This document shows positions 59,298 through 64,000 of a DNA stretch of 64,000 nt, piece after piece. Each line of letters opens with the position of its first letter. The stretch's first letter is position 1. The notes under the pieces were generated by a model that was given only the letters and a program-made list of their open reading frames with translations, made no database searches and was not told where the DNA came from. The position numbers and the translations under genes were made by a program. The DNA comes from Actinomycetes bacterium (GTDB lineage Bacteria > Actinomycetota > Acidimicrobiia > Acidimicrobiales > RAAP-2), in the NCBI GenBank assembly GCA_021809495.1, contig JAKAZI010000003.1, positions 368-64,367 on the forward strand, read 5' to 3'.

Positions 59298-60157
59298 AGT
59301 TTCACCTCGGTCACGTCGAAGTAGCTGCGCAGCCGGTCGCCGATGAAGTTGAGACAGAGCAGGAACAGACAGAGCGCGAGCGAGGGGAAGATGACGAGCC
59401 AGGGGTTCTGGGCCATCACCGTGCGCGACTCGTTGATCATGTTGCCCCAGGACGGGGTCGGCGGGTTCACCGACAGTCCGAGGAAGGCCAGCGCGCCCTC
59501 GAGGGTCACCACGGTCGCCACGCCGATCAGTAGGAACGAGACGGCGATCGGGGCGATGTTGGGCAGCAGCTCGCGCAGCAGGATCCGTCGGTCGGTGGAG
59601 CCCTGCACCTTGGCCGCGGTCACGAAGTCCTTCGTCGCGACCGAAAGGGTGGCGCTGCGGATCACGCGGTAGACGAGGGACACCGACGCGAGCCCGATCA
59701 CGATGATGAGCTTGAGCAGGGTGCGCGGCGTCCAAAAGGAGATCACCGCGATCACGGCGATGATCGCCGGGAAGGCGAGCAGGACGTACATGACGGCGGT
59801 GAGCATCGCGTCGAGGCGACCCCGCCGGTAGGCGGCGAGCATGCCGAGGGGCATGCCGATGCCGAAGCCGATGATCATCGCGCCGCTGCCCACCGCGAGC
59901 GAGACCCGCGACCCGAAGACGACGCGCGACAGGATGTCGCGCCCGAGGTCGTCGGTGCCGAACAGGTGGTGCAGGGACGGACCGGCGTTGATGACGTTGT
60001 AGTTCTGATACAGCGGGTTCACGAGGGGCAGCACGTTGGTGAGCAGCGCCGCGAGGACGTTGAGGGTGAGCCAGCCCACGCAGATCCAAAAGAGCGGCCC
60101 GAGGCGCCGCTCGGCGAGGGGCTCGAAGCCCGCCTGTTCGTCGAGGAGGTCAGTCAC
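59294..60157 (-). CDS. oppC: Peptide ABC transporter permease
   Basis: FGTDDLGRD, LLPN, FLGL..PPTPSWG, GDRLR. Confidence 0.92.
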   Translation of the reverse strand: MTDLLDEQAGFEPLAERRLGPLFWICVGWLTLNVLAALLTNVLPLVNPLYQNYNVINAGPSLHHLFGTDDLGRDILSRVVFGSRVSLAVGSGAMIIGFGIGMPLGMLAAYRRGRLDAMLTAVMYVLLAFPAIIAVIAVISFWTPRTLLKLIIVIGLASVSLVYRVIRSATLSVATKDFVTAAKVQGSTDRRILLRELLPNIAPIAVSFLLIGVATVVTLEGALAFLGLSVNPPTPSWGNMINESRTVMAQNPWLVIFPSLALCLFLLCLNFIGDRLRSYFDVTEVKL

Positions 60158-61100
60158 GGCTGATCCTGGGGTCCACGAGGCTGGTGAGGAAGTCGAACAG
60201 GAAGTTGATCAACACGACCCCGACCGAGACCACCAAGACGATGCCCTGGACGAGGAGATAGTCACTGCTCGCGATCGCCGAGATCAGCGTGTAGCCGAGC
60301 CCCGGGATGCCGAGGAGGTACTGCACGACGAACCCCCCAGCCAGCAGACCACCGATGTTGACCCCGGCGGTGCCGAGCAGGGCGACCGACGACGGTCGAA
60401 AGGCGTGGCGCCACATGATCCGGCGCTGGCTGAGCCCCTTGGAGCGCGCCATGGTGATGAACTCCTCCTGCAGGGTCGCGATGAGGTCGCTGCGCAGGAC
60501 ACGAAAGTACAGCACGAAACTCGCCGTGGCGAGGGTTATCGAAGGCAGCGCCATGCTCGCGAGGTTGACCCGCCAGTCAGTAGTCAGCGGGACGAAGGAC
60601 GACGGGCCCGTGTTAGAGATGCCCAACTTGATCGAGACGACGAGCACCAACACGACGATGATGATGAACGGGGGGATCGATAACAAGGTGAAGCTGCCGG
60701 CACTCAGCACGCGGTCGATGAGTCCGTTGGGCTTACGCGCCGAACGCATCGCGAGCGGGATGGCGCCGGCGAAGGCGAGGAGTTGACTGAGGACGATGAG
60801 TTCGAGGTCGATGGGGTAGGCGGCGCGTATCGTCGAGGCGACCGAGGTCTGCGAGATGAAGGACGTGCCCAGGTTGCCGTGCAGGACATTGACGATCCAC
60901 ACGAAGTACTGCTCGATGATCGGCTTGTTGAGACCGAGCTGTTTGTAGAGGATCGCTCGGTTGGCCGGACTCGCCCCGGTGCCCAGGATCACCGTCGCGG
61001 GGTCGCCGGGCAAGAGGTGGATCAGGTAGAAGCTCCCGACCGAGATGACAAAGACGATGCCGACGAGCGTGACCAGCCGTCGCAGCACGTACTTCAGCAC
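60150..61100 (-). CDS. oppB: Peptide ABC transporter permease
   Basis: YVLRRL, PGDPA, GNLGTS, ARSKGL, PGLG, DPRI. GGGGGA RBS before GTG 61100. Confidence 0.92.
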   Translation of the reverse strand: MLKYVLRRLVTLVGIVFVISVGSFYLIHLLPGDPATVILGTGASPANRAILYKQLGLNKPIIEQYFVWIVNVLHGNLGTSFISQTSVASTIRAAYPIDLELIVLSQLLAFAGAIPLAMRSARKPNGLIDRVLSAGSFTLLSIPPFIIIVVLVLVVSIKLGISNTGPSSFVPLTTDWRVNLASMALPSITLATASFVLYFRVLRSDLIATLQEEFITMARSKGLSQRRIMWRHAFRPSSVALLGTAGVNIGGLLAGGFVVQYLLGIPGLGYTLISAIASSDYLLVQGIVLVVSVGVVLINFLFDFLTSLVDPRISRD

Positions 61101-61191
61101 TTTCCCCCCTACTGACTTGGTAGGACAATAGCGAACGCGCTGGGGCCGCGGGTTACGCCCCGACGTCACAGGCGGTCGCTACCGTGGAACG

Positions 61192-61782
61192 GTGGAGATC
61201 ATCGGCGTGGTCGGCGGCATCGGCGCGGGTAAGAGCACGGTCACGGAGTATCTGGGGCGGCGGGGCTTTGCGGTGATCGACGCCGACGTCGTGGCCCACC
61301 GCGTCGTCGAGCCCGATCGCCCGGCGTGGCGGGCCCTGCGCGACGCCTTCGGTGACGCGGTCCTCGCCGCGGACCGGACCCTCGACCGGTCGTTTCTCGC
61401 CGAGGTGGTCTTCCACGACCGCTCCGCACTCCAGCGTCTCAACGGGATCACCCACGGCTACATCGGCGAGGAGATCCGCGCCGCGCTCGAACGCGCGTCG
61501 GGAGCGGCCGCGTTCGTGGCCATACCGCTCTTTCGCGCCGAGCACCGTCAGGTCTTTCACCTGACGAGGGTGTGGGGCGTGCTCGCGTCGCCCGAGGTGG
61601 CCCTCGCGCGACTGGTGGGGGCTCGAGGGCTCGACGAGCGTGACGCGCGGGCCCGTCTCGCGAGCCAGCCGGGCAACGACGAGCGGCTCAGCGTCGTCGA
61701 CGACGCGATCTGGAACGAGGGCACGAAGGCCGAACTCTACGCGCGCGTCGACGAGTTACTCGCCGAGCGGGGACTCGCGTGA
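61192..61782 (+). CDS. coaE: Dephospho-CoA kinase
   Basis: [17 protein letters not shown]...VF, LNGITH, IPL. Confidence 0.93.
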   Translation: MEIIGVVGGIGAGKSTVTEYLGRRGFAVIDADVVAHRVVEPDRPAWRALRDAFGDAVLAADRTLDRSFLAEVVFHDRSALQRLNGITHGYIGEEIRAALERASGAAAFVAIPLFRAEHRQVFHLTRVWGVLASPEVALARLVGARGLDERDARARLASQPGNDERLSVVDDAIWNEGTKAELYARVDELLAERGLA

Positions 61783-63794
61783 CCGACTTCCGGGTCGAAT
61801 CGCCCTTCCAGCCCTCGGGCGACCAGCCCACCGCCATCGAGACGTTGGCGCGCGGCGTCACCGACGGGCTTCGATACCAGACCCTCGAAGGGATCACCGG
61901 CAGTGGCAAGACGGCGACGATCGCCTGGCTCGTCGAGCGGGTCCAGCGTCCGACGCTGATCCTCGAGCCCAACAAGTCCCTGGCCGCCCAGCTGGCCTCG
62001 GAGTTGCGCGAGATGATGCCACAGAACCGCGTCGAGTTCTTCGTCTCCTACTACGACTACTACCAGCCCGAGGCCTACATCCCGCGCACCGACACCTTCA
62101 TCGAGAAGGACAGCTCGATCAACGAGGAGATCGACCGACTGCGCCACGCCGCGACGTCGTCGCTGCTCACCCACCGTGACACCATCGTCGTCGCCTCGGT
62201 CTCGTGCATCTACGGCCTGGGCAGTCCCCTCGAGTATCGCGAGCGGATGTTGCCGCTCGCGCGTGGCGAGTCCGTCGACCAGCGCCAGCTACTGCGTCGC
62301 CTGGTCGAGATGCAGTACCACCGCAACGAGACGGTGCTCGAACGCGGGACCTTTCGCATGAAGGGCGACACCCTCGAGATTCAGCCGGCCTACGCCAGCG
62401 AGGCGGTGCGCGTGTCGTTCTTCTTCGACGAGATCGAGAGCATCACGTTCTTTAACCCGCTGACCCAGGAGACGCGCGGCGCGGTCGACGAGATCACGCT
62501 CTTCGCGGCCACCCACTACGCGACCAGCTCGGCCACGCTGCAACGGGCCTGTCGCACCATCGAGGAGGAACTTCAGGTCCGACTGGCGACGTTCCAGTCA
62601 GAGGGCAAGCTCCTCGAGGCCCAGCGCCTGCGCTCTCGCACCGAGCACGATCTGGAGATGCTCGAACAGACCGGGGTCTGCGCGGGCATCGAGAACTACT
62701 CCGCGCACCTCGACGGACGTCGCCCCGGCGAACGGCCCTACACCCTGCTCGACTACTTTCCCGACGACTACCTGGTCGTCATCGACGAGTCCCACGTGGC
62801 GGTGCCCCAGGTGCGCGGACAGTACGCGGGGGACCGGTCGCGAAAGGAGACCCTCGTCGAACACGGGTTTCGCCTGCCGAGCGCGCTCGACAACCGCCCG
62901 CTCAACTTCCAAGAGTTCATCGACCTCGTGCCCCAGATCGTCTTCGTCTCGGCGACGCCGGGCCCCTACGAGCTCGAGGTGAGCGACCAGATCGCCGAGC
63001 AGGTGATCCGCCCGACCGGTCTCGTCGACCCGATCGTCAACGTGATACCCACGAAGAACCAGATCGACGATCTGCGCACGCGCCTCGACGAGGTGATCGC
63101 TCGCGGGGAACGGGCCCTGGTCACCACGCTCACCAAACGGATGGCCGAGGACCTGACGACCTTTCTCACCAAGGCCGGGTACCGGGTGCAGTACCTGCAC
63201 AGCGACATCGACACGATCCAGCGAATCGAGATCCTGCGGTCGCTGCGCCTGGGCGAGTTCGACATCCTCGTCGGGATCAACCTCCTGCGCGAGGGACTCG
63301 ACCTGCCCGAGGTGTCCCTCGTCGCGATCCTCGACGCCGACAAGGAGGGCTTCCTGCGTTCGCGCAGCGCGCTCATCCAGACGATCGGGCGGGCCGCGCG
63401 TAACGCCAACGGCGCCGCGGTGCTCTACGCCGACCGGATCACCGACTCGATGCGCGACGCGATCAGCCTGACCGAACGGCGCCGCCAGCGCCAGATCGAC
63501 TACAACCTCGAGCACGGCATCGAACCCCGGACGGTCACGAAGAACGTGGCGGACATCTTGAACCGTCTGCGCAGTGACGCCGGTCCCGCGCGCGAGCGTC
63601 CGGCGCAGTTCGCGGGCCTGGAGGGGTCCCTGCCCGACGACCTCTCGCGCGAGATGACCCGGGTGGAGGCCGCGATGCTCGAGGCGGCGCGCGAATTGCG
63701 ATTCGAGGAGGCGGCGACGCTGCGAGACCTGCTCCACACCCTGCAACGTCAGGGACTCGAGCAAGGTGTCTACGGCGGGTCCGTCGACTCCTGA
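61779..63794 (+). CDS. uvrB: Excinuclease ABC subunit B
   Basis: [37 protein letters not shown] domain. Confidence 0.98.
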   Translation: MTDFRVESPFQPSGDQPTAIETLARGVTDGLRYQTLEGITGSGKTATIAWLVERVQRPTLILEPNKSLAAQLASELREMMPQNRVEFFVSYYDYYQPEAYIPRTDTFIEKDSSINEEIDRLRHAATSSLLTHRDTIVVASVSCIYGLGSPLEYRERMLPLARGESVDQRQLLRRLVEMQYHRNETVLERGTFRMKGDTLEIQPAYASEAVRVSFFFDEIESITFFNPLTQETRGAVDEITLFAATHYATSSATLQRACRTIEEELQVRLATFQSEGKLLEAQRLRSRTEHDLEMLEQTGVCAGIENYSAHLDGRRPGERPYTLLDYFPDDYLVVIDESHVAVPQVRGQYAGDRSRKETLVEHGFRLPSALDNRPLNFQEFIDLVPQIVFVSATPGPYELEVSDQIAEQVIRPTGLVDPIVNVIPTKNQIDDLRTRLDEVIARGERALVTTLTKRMAEDLTTFLTKAGYRVQYLHSDIDTIQRIEILRSLRLGEFDILVGINLLREGLDLPEVSLVAILDADKEGFLRSRSALIQTIGRAARNANGAAVLYADRITDSMRDAISLTERRRQRQIDYNLEHGIEPRTVTKNVADILNRLRSDAGPARERPAQFAGLEGSLPDDLSREMTRVEAAMLEAARELRFEEAATLRDLLHTLQRQGLEQGVYGGSVDS

Positions 63795-63810
63795 CCGGTA
63801 GATTCACCTC

Positions 63811-64000
63811 ATGGCCCAGTCGATTCGCGTTCAGGGTGCGCGCGTGCACAACCTCAAGAACCTGGCGGTGGAGATCCCGCGCGACCGACTCGTGGTCTTC
63901 ACGGGGCTCTCCGGATCAGGGAAATCGTCCCTCGCCTTCGACACGATCTACGCCGAGGGCCAGCGCCGCTACGTCGAGAGCCTCTCGGCCTACGCCCGCC
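63811..64000 (+). CDS. uvrA: Excinuclease ABC subunit A, N-terminal fragment; runs off the window edge
   Basis: Manual translation: [17 protein letters not shown]...[32 protein letters not shown]. Confidence 0.97.
   Translation, partial: MAQSIRVQGARVHNLKNLAVEIPRDRLVVFTGLSGSGKSSLAFDTIYAEGQRRYVESLSAYAR

Noticed and set aside
63780-63810. PafBC/RecA-NDp type promoter motif upstream of uvrA
   Set aside because: The GTCG element is imperfect and its spacing to the -10 is one base off the TGTCGG-N10-TA pattern.

Overview
A compact, GC-rich stretch of core chromosome from an actinobacterium. Gene order and content suggest class Acidimicrobiia (inference). It holds about 63 CDS and one tRNA-Leu(CAA). 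The main blocks are: an RHH/Doc toxin-antitoxin pair at the left edge; an NMO/FabX-like flavoprotein divergent from a neocarzinostatin-apoprotein-like gene and four transporter genes; fabI/fno-mshC-thrS-HIT-pgsA-patA-pimA; pdxST-yebC-ruvCAB-yajC-secDF-rel-hisS-aspS-rarA-alaS-ruvX-mltG-aroE-rodA; ppk1; scattered men genes and mshD; fabD-fabG-acpP-fabF; pdtaR-polA-rpsA; an oppBCDF operon with no binding protein; and coaE-uvrB-uvrA. I saw no CRISPR array, IS element, integrase or prophage, and I cannot support a clearly new multi-gene system. The best leads are: (1) an orphan structured RNA candidate (about 318-487) apparently driven from the reverse side of the toxin-antitoxin promoter; (2) widespread leaderless genes and symmetric TAnnnTA bidirectional promoters; (3) two apparent pseudoenzymes, one HtpX-like with a Cys-substituted metal site and one TrpF-like; (4) a pseudoknot-capable rpsA leader; (5) the apoprotein plus exporter cluster; (6) two convergent SEDS genes with no PBP partner. 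All product calls come from recognising motifs by eye, not from database searches.
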